Source: the human T2T-CHM13v2.0 reference genome, Homo sapiens
Strand: one strand, 5' to 3'
Assembly (NCBI RefSeq): GCF_009914755.1
Contig: NC_060947.1
Length of the DNA stretch: 64,000 bases
Both the position numbers and the translations under genes were made by a program. The notes beneath the pieces are model-generated. The model was not told the origin of the DNA. It saw nothing but the letters and a program-made list of their open reading frames with translations, and did not search any database. The first letter of the stretch is position 1; each line of letters begins with the position of its first letter. Of the stretch, positions 1 through 12,005 are shown in pieces.

Positions 1-379
1 TCCTAGGGAGACTCCTAGGAGTTCTCCCTAAATAACATAAAACACCTTCACCTTTAAAAGGGCTTGGGTTTATTAAATCTGATTTACGATGAGTACTGTG
101 ACAGTTGCCAGATGGCAAATATTCAATTGCTGTTGGCCTTTCATCAGTAATCATCATTTCTAAAGGAATGAGGTGCCTTCTTAGTTTCAAATCTTCTGAA
201 CTGCTATAGACTTTCAGTCAGTACTACACAATCTCTCAATTATGAAATATTTTATGCTGTTCTTTAGCAAAATGAATTATATAATTCTCTTTTCAGTAAG
301 GCTTGGGCCTACCTCACTACATTTTATAGAGCTGAGCATATAATAATAGGTAATTAATCATTGCTTATAAGTTTGATGT

Positions 380-1160
380 AATAAACATTTTTTCTTACTC
401 TCTACTATGTTACAAACACTGTGCTATGCAGAAAGGCTTGCTATATGTTTCACAAAATATGTCTTTGACCCTTATTTCAGAGTCTTGTGGGTCAGATGAA
501 TATGTAAATCAATAGTAACAACTAAACCTGTGAAATGTCATAGCAGGAGTTTATATAAAGGTGAATGGAAGCACTAGATCAGGATGAGAAAATCTCACTA
601 AAGACATTTGTTATAAACTGTTTCAACGAAAGAAAGTAGACAACAGGAGGAAGAAGTTTTTCCAGTAGAATGAAAAACATGGAAACAAACATCATGAGGT
701 GTTTAGGGAAGAGAAGCATACTAGTTCTTGTCAGAGCATAGGGTGTGTAGGAAGAAGATGGGGAAAGGGATGAGGCAGGGCCATGTTAAAGAATTTGGAT
801 TTTATCCCAAAGAAGTTGGAGGGCCACTTAAAGGTTTTAAGCAAGAGAGGGTCATGTTCAGATTTGCACTTTTACATAGCCCACTCTAGCAGCAACATGG
901 ATCATAGTTCAGAATATCATGAGCAGACCAATTAGCAGACTATTGGAATAATCCAGGTGGGAAACAATGGTGGCTTACACTAGGGTTATGGAAGTAACAA
1001 TAGGAAGTTCAATAGTGATAAATTTGAGAAGCATTATGGAAATGAAATAAACAGCATCTCATGACTAATAGAGGAAAGAGTTTGAAGGAGAAGTGAGACA
1101 CAAGGTTTCTAGACTGGGAACCCTGGGAGATGGTGATGGTGTTAAATCAAGATTAGGTAT
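380..1160 (-). mobile_element. LINE L2 remnant
   Basis: Typical antisense L2 motifs (ggccatgttaaagaatttggattttatcc...ggttttaagcaagag...gatttgcactttt...atccaggtgggaaacaatggtggc). Confidence 0.75.
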
Positions 1161-1189
1161 GACGCCAAGAAGCCAGAATTTGTAGTATG

Positions 1190-1390
1190 AGCTGGAACAT
1201 TCACAACTTACCAGCTACAAGGTTTGGAGCAAGTCTTTTCCACCTGGGAAACTCAGTTTCTTCACAGAAGGAAAAATAGCTACAACTTACCTCACAGGTC
1301 TGTTGTAAAAATTAAATGCAATCATGTATATAAACATACATCATATGCAGGAAGATGAAGATGCTATATACAAATGTTAATCATTATTCT
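1190..1390 (+). mobile_element. MIR SINE
   Basis: Core ctcagtttcttcac...acttacctcacaggtctgttgtaaaaattaaatg. Confidence 0.7.
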
Positions 1391-1661
1391 GTTGACTTGA
1401 GAACTCACATTTCTTGAATCTAGCAGAACCAAACAATGACTTTGCTCCTAAGAACCAGTGACTAATACTATGTCTCTCATAATTAAATAAAATGTTGCGT
1501 ATGTAGGACAGGTAGGCAGAAGGGATTATTCAAGTCATAATGATGAGTCAAAATGACAAGTCGATCACCCACACTCCCCAGCCCTCTTCCCTATGCTGCC
1601 AAGCAGGAAATGGTTGTCAGAGGTTATTGTGCAGGTGACAGTTAACAGCCGTACCTTTAAC

Positions 1662-1757
1662 ATTCCATCAAACCTGTTATTTCAACCTGCTTTTAGTCAC
1701 ATAGGTAAGGATTCTACTTATGTCCTAAAAAAGCAACAGTTGTAACTTGGTAATTTG
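1662..1757. repeat. Left arm of a 96-bp inverted repeat (partner 3662-3757)
   Basis: 93/96 identity to the reverse complement of 3662-3757, no indels, 62-bp perfect core. Confidence 0.97.
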
Positions 1758-2399
1758 AGATTTGTTTATACCTGCCAATCAGTGGATTCTGAGCAAGAAA
1801 AATGCCCTCAGGTTCAAGGAGGACACAAACACAAATGCTTTGAACACAAAATTCTTTGAACTGTCATCGAAAATTCTACATAAATAATAATTAACATGAC
1901 CTTTGACTTGGTCATCAGTGATGTCTTGCCCTCAAACTTGTATTCTGAAAAGGTGTGTACACTTTCATTCTCTTCCTCTAAATTGTTTTGTGAAGGAAAC
2001 AACATCTTGTTTTTACAGGTTGATCAGAGATCATGCACAGTTTCTGGGTGAATAGGTAAGATTTGCTTCTTTTTCCAGCTTTGTTTCATCTGTGGATCTT
2101 CTACACCCCTCTGAGTTCTCATAGTATTTATTCAGTTGCCAGCTATCTGCACTTGATTAGACCTCATATTTTCCATAGTATGACTTTCAGATCTTTGTTG
2201 GAACAAAGGGACCCTTCCATCTTCATGTATTTCTTGGGTCTATTTGTTATATTACTTTGGCCAGGATTATTTCCTTCAGCATCAGAAAAACTTGCTTAAG
2301 TGATTATTTTGAAGTAGCATAAATCTAACTCCACTGAAGCAATCTTTCACTAAAAATATATATACTCAAGAATAAGCAACCTTAAATTTCTATTTATAT

Positions 2400-2648
2400 A
2401 GTAATAGCTAATATTTATTGATCACTTACTCTTTACCAGACATCCTACTAACTGCTTTACATGAACTATCCCATTTAATACTCAAGACAATCCTGTAAGT
2501 TAGGTACTTCTAGTCCCCTAAAGATCAGCAACTCAAGGTTCAGAGAGAAGAGTTGCCTAAGTCCACACAGCTAGACAGAGGCAGAAGTAGAATTTGAACC
2601 CAGGTCTCCCTGATATCAGAACTTGGCTTCTTAACTATTATAGGATAC
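2400..2648 (-). mobile_element. MIR SINE, near full length
   Basis: atagctaatatttattgatcacttac...cacacagctag...agaatttgaacccaggtct. Confidence 0.8.
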
Positions 2649-3661
2649 TGTCATTATAATACCATTTCATATATTCTTATTACTTCTGGCTTAAAGCCAA
2701 ACAGGAATGTAAGAGAAGTTTGTCTTCTGGTACCATTCTACTTCCCTTAACCCCCGTGAGTCCTATCCCGTGCCTTTAGTGTGTCCTGTGACCAGTCAGG
2801 ATGTAAGCTAAGTCTATTCTTAGTGAATATGAACATTTGCCTCCACTATATTCCTTTCAAAATATAGCAGTCAGGTGTCTCCTTAAGATACCACTTTTAG
2901 TTAAGTATTAGGTGAAGGGCTCTGATAAATTAATTCGTACCTAGATACTAATGACTGACAATGATTTGTTACTCCTTTCAGAAATAATTGCATACAAACA
3001 ATTGATTCTTGTCTTGACCTAGATAAATAAGAGGGAATCTTAAAATTTCAGATCTGGGTCTTCTCAGGGCTACTACACAGGCAACTTGCAAGGCCATCTG
3101 TACAAAAAGTTAAACCTGATACTTATCACATCTTTGTGAATGAGAAAGCTGGTATAATCTGGACAATATTGCATTATTCGTTCAAAACAGGAAGTAGAAG
3201 CTAATAAGTAGAATTGTTATGGGACTTACCTGAAGCTACATTAGTAATTGTTACCTAAGTCATCAGTAGAGATGGAACTAGCATTATTAGATGAGAATTG
3301 TAAAACTAGGAAACTACTATTGGAATAAGATATATATGAAGCATTTTTGAGGATCCTCACAGTACCATTTTGGAGAAGCATGCCATCTCTTTTTGTCAAG
3401 ATGATTGTTACTAAAAATTATTTGCGTAACTGCATATACAAAAACCTATACAACGTTGTGGAACTACAAGCATATTTACATTTTTCAGTAATAAAGATGG
3501 AGTCACTTTATAGACTTATCCATATTCTATTATTCAGGTTCCACTGGGACCTGCAATTGTAAAATAGCTGGCTGAGGTTAGGGTTACAGACTATGTCCAC
3601 GAAAACTAATGTAACTAATTTAAACAAATGGGAATTGAACCACCAACTTTGACCTCAGTTA

Positions 3662-3757
3662 CAACTTACCAAGTTACAGCTGTTGCTTTTTTAGGACATA
3701 AGTAGAATCCTTACCTATGTGACTAAAAGCAGGTTGAAATACCAGGTTTGATGGAAT
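3662..3757. repeat. Right arm of the 96-bp inverted repeat, flanked by 11-bp direct repeat ACTTTGACCTC
   Basis: Reverse complement of 1662-1757; ACTTTGACCTC at 3646-3656 and 3762-3772. Confidence 0.97.
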
Positions 3758-4034
3758 TTTGACTTTGACCTCCTAATATTTGCAGTTTAAATTTGTTTTA
3801 ATTGCAAGCTGTAAACAACTGTGATGTACCAGTATTCAAATAAGACTTAATGAATTGATTCTTTGGAACTGAAAGTTTGAATTTTCTTTAGGAGTACTTA
3901 ATCTATTTACTTAGCCAAAGACTTCTAATACATATTTAATGTTTAATATATCTACCTCTTAGTATGTATCATTTACTATAAATAAAAAGTACACTCCTCA
4001 AACATAGAGATAAAATAATATCTAATTCATAAAG

Positions 4035-4261
<227 letters not shown>

Positions 4262-4399
4262 TAAAAGCTGTGAAAATAATCTAAAGCACAATATAGATGT
4301 AGTAGATCAATATTATTGCCCTAATTAGAAGAATCTATCTTCTAAAAAAACCAGAATTATATATATATGATGACAACCAGTTATATACATGGGAATGAA

Positions 4400-4650
4400 A
4401 ATTGTCAAGAAAGGGAATAACATGATCAGATCTGTATTTTAGAAAGATTACTTCTGGAACAGTGTGAAAAATGGATTGGCAGGGGATGAACGTCATGGAA
4501 CAGCGGGATGGGGGAGAAGGAGAAACTGGTGTCAGGGACATTGGTTATTAGAACAGCTCAAGCAAGGGATGACGGGTTCATGAGATGTTACGGAGGGCAG
4601 AATTAATAAGTCCCAGCAATCAATCAATGGGTGGGCTATTGGAAGATGAC
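4400..4650 (-). mobile_element. L2 fragment
   Basis: acatgatcagatctgtattttagaaagattacttctgg...aatggattgg. Confidence 0.65.
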
Positions 4651-6286
4651 TATGAAGGAGAGAAAGAAAGAAATAGTAATTTTTCAAATCAGAGAAGTAA
4701 GGACTACTAAATAGTTTATACTACAAAGCATCACCTTTTTTTCTCATGTACTTTAGAAAATATAGAAATTCAGTTGGCTCTTCTGTATACAGTGATTGGG
4801 CAACCAAATTCCTTCCTTTCCATTTGTCTTCTCTTCTTCCGAAAGTGGTATCAAGAGGCTACAAATCTCTCAAGTCAGAGTTCTGTTCCCAGGACTGAGT
4901 GTACCAGGCAGGGGAACCTTCCACAGGGAACTGTGTGAAAGCATTATGTCCCAGGAAACAGGCTGGTCCCGTTGGAGCACTCTCCCATGGATGACGGTAG
5001 TGTAGCCAACTGGAGAATCTGATTACTGGCCGAAGAGGACTGCAAAAGGTTTAAGTTGGAGAAGTAATACCAAGTGCCAGGCCCTAGCATGAGGCCAGCC
5101 AGTAGGAGGAGAAATGAGTCATGAGGTCAGAAATTAGAACAGACTGAAGAAGAGTTAGGAGTTGGAGTATGAGATAAGCTGGGGTGAATGGTTCAGGACA
5201 GAAGCCATGAATTCTGAAAGAATTCTGAAAGAATGAGGGAGGCCCGCTTTCATGTAATGTGGGCAGGTTGGTACAGGCAAACACCTGATAGCATAATGGC
5301 ACTGAACAGGCCCAGGCACCTTATAAGGAATCCCTAAACCAAACTATCTCTGCCTCAGGAGCTTAAGAACCCTACATTCTTATAATTACAGCAGCTTCAC
5401 ATTTGTGTCTGTTTCCTAACATTTGCAGTTTAAATGTGTATTCTCATTAATATGTGATGCCACAAGTTCTTTCACCCCCTTGATATTCATGGGACAGATG
5501 ATTTCTAATCCAGAAGCCTAAATCCAAGGCTATTTTTCTTTTTCTAATGGGTTACTATTTTCAAAGATAAATCCTCTAATTTATAAACACAGACTGCTTC
5601 ATTAACTATGTTTAACAGGTAGCAGAGGCTTAGTTACTAACAACTGCCAGGCGGTGACTTGGAACACAGCTCTTGTTTTTCAAATTTGCTGTAACACGAT
5701 ATAGAGCACAGAGCACATACTTTACTTCAAGAGAGATGTCTAATTTTGCTCAGTTTTTTTAACTCAGACTGCCATAATCTGTGCATGCTGCTCTAGGCTC
5801 TCCAAGAGGTAGATGCTGGCTTTGAGGTTGACAAAGACTAAAACAAGAGAGTAGGAAAAGTACAACTAGAAAACATGATGAATCCTTCCCACATACACCC
5901 CACCCCCAAAATACAGTCGTAGGTATAAAAGGGATAAAAAGCTTAAGCAAGAAAAAGCTTGTGAGGGAAAATCCAGTCTTGGAAAGGCTCAATAATCACA
6001 GCTGTCTCTGATTCTTTTCGGTCTACGTTTTGCCCTTTGTTTTGCTCTAAGACCTCTACCTAGTCTTCCAGCTGGGTAGAGGTCACTATCATCCCTGGTT
6101 TTGAGCAGTCCTCTGATAGCTCTAGCTCTCCTGGACCAGTTATGGGCAATTTCCCTTATTCTGCCAAGACATAGGCGGCATTTTTAAAGTGGATTTTTAC
6201 TAAGAAGGAAAAAGAACCCAAAAGAAAGGCAACTCTGATGCCTGGAACTGAACAAGACTGTAGTCCTGAGATTCTTTATTCCAAGA

Positions 6287-6475
6287 CAGTGATGCTCAAA
6301 GGGGCCTTTCTAGACCAGCAGCATCAGCAACACCAGGGAATTTGTTAGAAATGCAAGTTCTCAGGCCCCACTCCAGACCTACTGAATCAGAAACACTGGG
6401 AGTGGGGCCCAGGCATCTATCTTTGAATAAGCCCTATAGAGGATTCTGATAAATGCTTGAGTTTAAGAACCACTG
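6287..6475. mobile_element. MER5A (hAT-Charlie MITE), full length
   Basis: cagtg...cactg termini; gttagaaatgcaagttctcaggccccactccagacctactgaatcagaaac. Confidence 0.9.
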
Positions 6476-6714
6476 CCCTAAGTAAACTGCAACCTAGTCC
6501 TGGGTAGCCCTGATGGGTCCCACCTTGCAGAGGATATAGCCTCCTCTTTCTTTCCTTGTTATCAATCGTGTTTGGTTGTTTGTCTCCGGCCTAGTCACTA
6601 ATGGCTAACTCTACCTTTGGGCCAGTGGACTCCATGCTCTGGGCTAACATGTGTGCCAAGTGTTACTATTACTACTAATCATTCCAGGAGCTTCTATATA
6701 TTTTTTTGTTTCCC

Positions 6715-6943
6715 ATGTGCTCTGCATTGCACTAACAAAGCACATTATATCTACTGTTGCACTTAATCCTCACAACAGCTCTATAAGCTAGGCGTTATCC
6801 CCATCTTCCAAATGAGGAAATGTAGATCCAGTGAAGGTGGCTTGCTCAAGGGATCCAGGTAATAAGGAGGAGAGCCAGGATTCATACCTGGGTTTCTGTG
6901 GCTCCAGAGTCTGTACTCATAACCTTGATCCCATACTACCTCC
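6715..6943 (-). mobile_element. MIR SINE
   Basis: ttaatcctcacaacagc...tccccatcttccaaatgaggaaa...gagccaggattcatacc. Confidence 0.8.
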
Positions 6944-7064
6944 TCATAGCCACATGGCTCCTGTGCCTGGCACCATCGTCTGGGGAGCTTCTGTAACCAC
7001 ATGCCAACTCACTGTCTTGGCTAGCTGACTTTCCCCTTTATGCACTGGCCGTTTCACATATTAT

Positions 7065-7260
7065 CCCAGGAGAAGTTACTTAACCTTGCTGAGCTTCAGT
7101 TTCCTTGTCTGTAAAACAGGAGTAATAATTATCTCAGAAGGTGGCTATGAAAATCAAATAGGCAAACGTATGTGAAAGTGTTCCAAACTGTAATAGAAGG
7201 GAAAGGTATGATCTTCAGTTTACAGATGAGGAAATGTAAGCTCAAAGTGGTTACCTGGCT
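7065..7260. mobile_element. Two opposed MIR fragments
   Basis: aagttacttaaccttgctgagcttcagtttccttgtctgtaaaac (+), then tttacagatgaggaaatgtaagctc (-). Confidence 0.7.
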
Positions 7261-7732
7261 TAAAAAAAACCTGCTGGCCTTTCACCTGTTATTTGAGGGT
7301 GCAAAGAGACTTCTGCCCCCATTATATCTCCATTGGCTACTAGAAGTAGAGAGCCATATTTAAGAAGTATTAACTTACTTTCTATTAAGATGAAAACGTT
7401 CTCAGTCCAGGGCAACAAAAGGTCACAACATGGATACATTTTGATAAAGAGAGGTGAGAACAGGCACTGCCTGGGGGAGTACTGACTTAGCTGCTATCCA
7501 CAGAAATGGACTTTGGGTAGCCTAGCCAGAGGACCCAGGGTCAGAGTGAGAGGAGTGAGGGGAAGGCAGAGACTCTGCTCCAAGAAGTAGGAGAGCACAA
7601 GGACTGACAAGCTTCATCATTTTATGACCCAACTACCCATATTACCATTTAAAACCACATTTAATCCTATCTCCATTTTTCAACAATTTTTCAATTGAAA
7701 TCTAACATGCTTACAGAGCAATCCTATCTCTT

Positions 7733-8095
7733 TTTTTAATTGAGACATAATTTGTGTACAGTAAGTTGCACAGATCTTAAATATACAGTTCGATGAATTA
7801 TGAGAAACGTATAAAACTATGGAATCTACATCCTCATTAAGATAAAGAACATTTCCATCCCCCATAAATTTTCCTCATGTCTCTTTTCAGTGAATTCTTG
7901 CCTCCAGCTTATAAAACAGCTTCTTATATTAGGTTGGTGCCAAAGTAATTACTTTTTTTTAAAGTTCCAGGGTACATGTGCAGGATGTGCAGGTTTGTTA
8001 CATAGGTAAACGTGTGCCATGGTGGTTTGCTGCACCTATCAACCCATCACCTAGGTATGAAATCCCGCATGCATTAGCTATTTATCCTGACACAT
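7733..8095 (-). mobile_element. Composite insert: old L1PA 3' end (7961-8090) + poly(A) + MADE1 terminus (7929-7952) + L1M 3' end (7733-7905); probable 3' transduction
   Basis: Bounded by a perfect 18-bp direct repeat AGAGCAATCCTATCTCTT (7715-7732 and 8096-8113). Confidence 0.8.
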
Positions 8096-9184
8096 AGAGC
8101 AATCCTATCTCTTCATGTGTCCTTTTTCCCTTCCTCTGGAGGTTTCTGAACTCTCCAGTATCTTTCATTTTTCTTTTCTTACTTCCTTTCCAAAGATAAG
8201 GTTAGTTCTCTGTGAACTAGATGGTCACTCTTGCTCTTTCTTCTCTTCTGTTTCTTTTTCATGGTTTGTCCAGAACACATACAGTGTTTCAATTAGGGTA
8301 AAGGTCACAAAGCCAAAGGAGGATGCTAGTGTATTTTGTGGAAACCACCAGTGTTAGAAAAACAAGACAGACGCTGCTTTGAGCAACACCAGATGAGTCT
8401 ACCCTTGGGTTTCCTGAGGACTGAAGCCACTATGTGAGTTTTACATGGGGATTCTCTTTTAAGCTAATCTCTCCTATTTTCCTGACATGAAATGTATTTT
8501 CTCTGAAATGTAATTTCTTAAAGAAATATAGCCATGAAGTAACTCCAGATAAATGCTGACTAGATGATAGATGCCAAAGGGAAAATCCTCTACCTGCTTT
8601 CTTTGTGGCAATTCATTCTTCAGCAAGTCGTTTTTCTGAAAGATCCCATTTCTACAGAGTACAAAGCTTGCTTTAAATAGGCTTCTGTGGAATTTAGGCT
8701 ATCAATTAAAACAGATTCAAGCAGAGCATAAATTACAACCATCTTGAGATACCCACAAAGAATTCATGTACCATTCCCCAACTTATGTCATAATTAAAAA
8801 GAAAAAAACCACACTTGGCCAAATTTCTGGTCCACCCAGCCCAGAATTTTTATAGGGGGACACAGAAACATGTTGGCAATAGGAGTGGAGAGGGTGTGGT
8901 TGTCCTCCTTAATGGCAACCTCAAAGGGTAAAGACATTTTAGTAAGATAGCTTGATTGTATCTTCTACAAATCTAGTCTGACTCCTTTTTGAATGTCTTT
9001 ACAGATCGACTTCTAACTGTTGCTTGAGTTGGTGAGTTCTGTAGGTTTTACTGCCTACTGTATAAATCTCACTTTCTTTTGTTTGTCTTGGATTGGACTC
9101 TTTTGAGTTTAAAGTTCTGTGCTGAGCTCTAGCCGGTAAATAGCTCTGATCACTATTTACTCCATACATACCCTTCACGATGCT

Positions 9185-9312
9185 TTTATAATGAGGAAAA
9201 TAGTGGGACTTACCTCATAGGGTTGATAGGTACTGAAGGAGGCAATGCATGTAAAGTGCTCAGACCTGTGCTGGGCTCAAAGGGAGTCCTACACAAGTGA
9301 TCGTTATTAGCA
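9185..9312 (+). mobile_element. MIR fragment
   Basis: acttacctcatagggttg...atgcatgtaaagtgctcag. Confidence 0.7.
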
Positions 9313-9319
9313 GCCCTAG

Positions 9320-11150
9320 TATCAGTATTCACTTTGGCCATTGCCTCTATCTTCATCTCTTTGGTTTAATGAATGCTAATACTTTGAGTCTGTTTCTGTA
9401 CAGCTCCTTCTCATTCTCTCATTTTTGCTGCCCATCTCTATGCCTGCTTGAGCTCCATTTTGTCTTTCTTGATTTGTGACCCCTTGAATTAAACATCATG
9501 TTCCAGATTTTAATCTTTTTTTCAAACATAGGACATGTCATATTATTTCTAGTCTACTTTCTACTTACGCACAGAATTTTGTTGACTTTTCTGGCCAAAA
9601 TGGCACAGTAAGCTGAAATTGTTCCAGAAATAACCTACAACTCCTAGATTCACTTTCTGGAGCCATAAGTAACAACAGCTCTAATGATTTGTATTGTGCA
9701 GCTACTTTACTTAGTCTGCAAATGTTTTATCTTACTAAGATGATTCATTATTTCTTTTTCCCCACTTCCCCTATTTTGAGAGATTGTCTTGCCATTTATC
9801 CTATGTCAGTTTGACATCTCACTACTGAGAAGAGCCTACTTAGTGCCAGGTACAAACATAGAAATACCATTCTGTATTCCTTAGTGTACACCGCTTCAAC
9901 AAGCCTGGGCCCATGGTAACCTTAGTGCTGACACTGCTCCATCCGGAGAAGCACCCACTTTTTCCTATCTTCCAATTAATTCCGTAAGTTAGCTTGCTTT
10001 CCATGAAAAAATGTTTCCCCCAATCCACAGAGAGTCATTGAACGACAACAAAAAAGTCAACAATATGAAAGCTTGTCAAGGGCTTTTTAAAAAGTCTTTG
10101 CAGAACTTAAACAAATTTACAAGAAAAAATCAAACAACCCCATCAAAAAGTGGGAAAAGGATATGAAAAGACATTTCTCAAAAGAAGACATTTATGCTGC
10201 CAAAAGACACATGAAAAAATGCTCATCATCACTGGCCATCAGAGAAATGCAAATCAAAACCACAATGAGATACCATCTCACACCAGTTAGAATGGCGATC
10301 ATTAAAAAGTCAGGAAAAAAACAGTTGCTGGAGAGGAGGTGGAGAAATAGGAACACTCTTACACTGTTGGTGGGACTGTAAACTAGTTCAACCATTGTGG
10401 AAGACAGTGTGGTGATTCCTCAAGGATCTAGAACTAGAAATACCATTTGACCCAGCCATCCCATTACTGGGTATATACCCAAAGGATTATAAACCATGCT
10501 GCTACAAAGACACATGCACATGTATGTTTATTGTGGCACTATTCACAATAGCAAAGACTTGGAACCAACCCAAATGTCCATCAATGATAGAGTGGATTAA
10601 AGAAATGTGGCACATATACACCATGGAATACTATGCAGCCATAAAAAAGGATGAGTTCACGTCCTTTGTAGGGACATGGATGAAGCTGAAACCATCATTC
10701 TGAGCAAACTATCGCAAGGACAGAAAACCAAACACTGCATGTTCTCACTCATAGGTGGCAATTGAACAATGAGAACACTTGGACACAGGGTGGGGAACAT
10801 CACACACCAGGGCCTGTCATGGGGTGGGGGTAGTGAGGAGGGATAGCATTAGGAGATATACCTAATGTAAATGACGAGTTAATGGGTGCAGCACACCAAC
10901 ATGGCACATGTATACATATGTAACAAACCTGCACGTTGTGCACATGTACCCTAGAACTCGAAGTATAATAAAAAAAAGAAATAAAAGTATTTGTAAATTA
11001 TATTCTTTGGTTTCTCCCTGTCCATATGTTATTTACACTCTTGAGAAGGCTAATAGATTAGTCAGACATGATTTTCCCTCACGGAAACCCTACTGCCTTC
11101 CTTCCAAAAGGTCATGTTTGACTGTGACTCTAGATTTATTATTTGGCTAT
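9320..11150 (-). mobile_element. Ancient CR1/L3 LINE remnant with decayed RT motifs, interrupted by L1PA at 10102-10982; left limit uncertain
   Basis: Minus strand of ~11045-11095 reads Q*GFREGKSCLTNLLAF (CR1 QHGF..GRSCLTNL); minus strand of ~10070-10097 reads DF*KALDKL (DFxKAFDxV). Confidence 0.7.
10102..10982 (+). mobile_element. 5'-truncated L1PA (L1PA5-like): ORF2 C-terminus, 3' UTR and poly(A)
   Basis: ORF2 peptide [50 protein letters not shown]; canonical 3' UTR; imperfect TSD AAAAGTCTTTGCA / AAAAGTATTTGTA (10090-10102, 10983-10995). Confidence 0.95.
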
Positions 11151-11446
11151 AAAACAGTGGTTCCAACATTCCCAGATTTTGCTTTTTAAGAATTGTTTTT
11201 TCATGGAAACACTAAATGTCAGTGCTGGCCCAATACCCTTCATTTTACAATAAGAAAACTGAGGCCCAGAAAGGCATCTGCCAAATTTGGTTTTCTTATT
11301 AGTTTGTTAAAAATTTGAGTAAAATTCTCATTCTGCGTCATGCTGAAATGTTTGGGCATATGTTTTCTTGGATGTCTCAAATGGAGTGTATTTTTCTTAG
11401 CATGGAATACACAACAGATATCATTTATGGAAGGAAAAATGATTCC

Positions 11447-12005
11447 TCAGGGATCTAGAACTAGAAATACCATTTGACCCAGCCATCCCATTACTGGGTA
11501 TATACCCAAAGGACTATAAATCATGCTGCTATAAAGACACATGCACACGTATGTTTATTGCGGCATTATTCACAATAGCAAAGACTTGGAACCAACCCAA
11601 ATGTCCAACAATGATAGACTGGATTAAGAAAATGTGGCACATATACACCATGGAATACTATGCAGCCATAAAAAATGATGAGTTCGTGTCCTTTGTAGGG
11701 ACATGGATGAAATTGGAAATCATCATTCTCAGTAAACTATCGCAAGGACAAAAAACCAAACACCGCATATTCTCACTCATAGGTGGGAATTGAACAATGA
11801 GATCACATGGACACAGGAAGGGGAATATCACACTGTGGGGACTGCTGTGGGGTGGGGGGAGGGGGGAGGGATAGCATTGGGAGATATACCTAATGCTAGA
11901 TGACGAGTTAGTGGGTGCAGCACACCAGCATGGCACATGTATACATATGTAACTAACCTGCACAATGTGCACATGTACCCTAAAACTTAAAGTATAATAA
12001 AAAAA
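11447..12005 (+). mobile_element. 5'-truncated L1PA2-like element
   Basis: ORF2 end ...TKHRIFSLIGGN; young 3' UTR sequence with GAG (not Ta ACA); perfect 16-bp TSD AAGGAAAAATGATTCC (11431-11446, 12006-12021). Confidence 0.96.

Noticed and set aside
1662-3757. Reading the 96-bp inverted repeat as TIRs of a 2.1-kb DNA transposon
   Set aside because: No TSD outside the pair, no transposase remnant, an ancient MIR inside while arms are ~97% identical, and the direct repeat flanks only the right arm.
10163-11793. ORFs resembling a real protein ([11 protein letters not shown]..., MFIAALFTIAK...)
   Set aside because: C-terminal fragments of L1 ORF2p in truncated elements.
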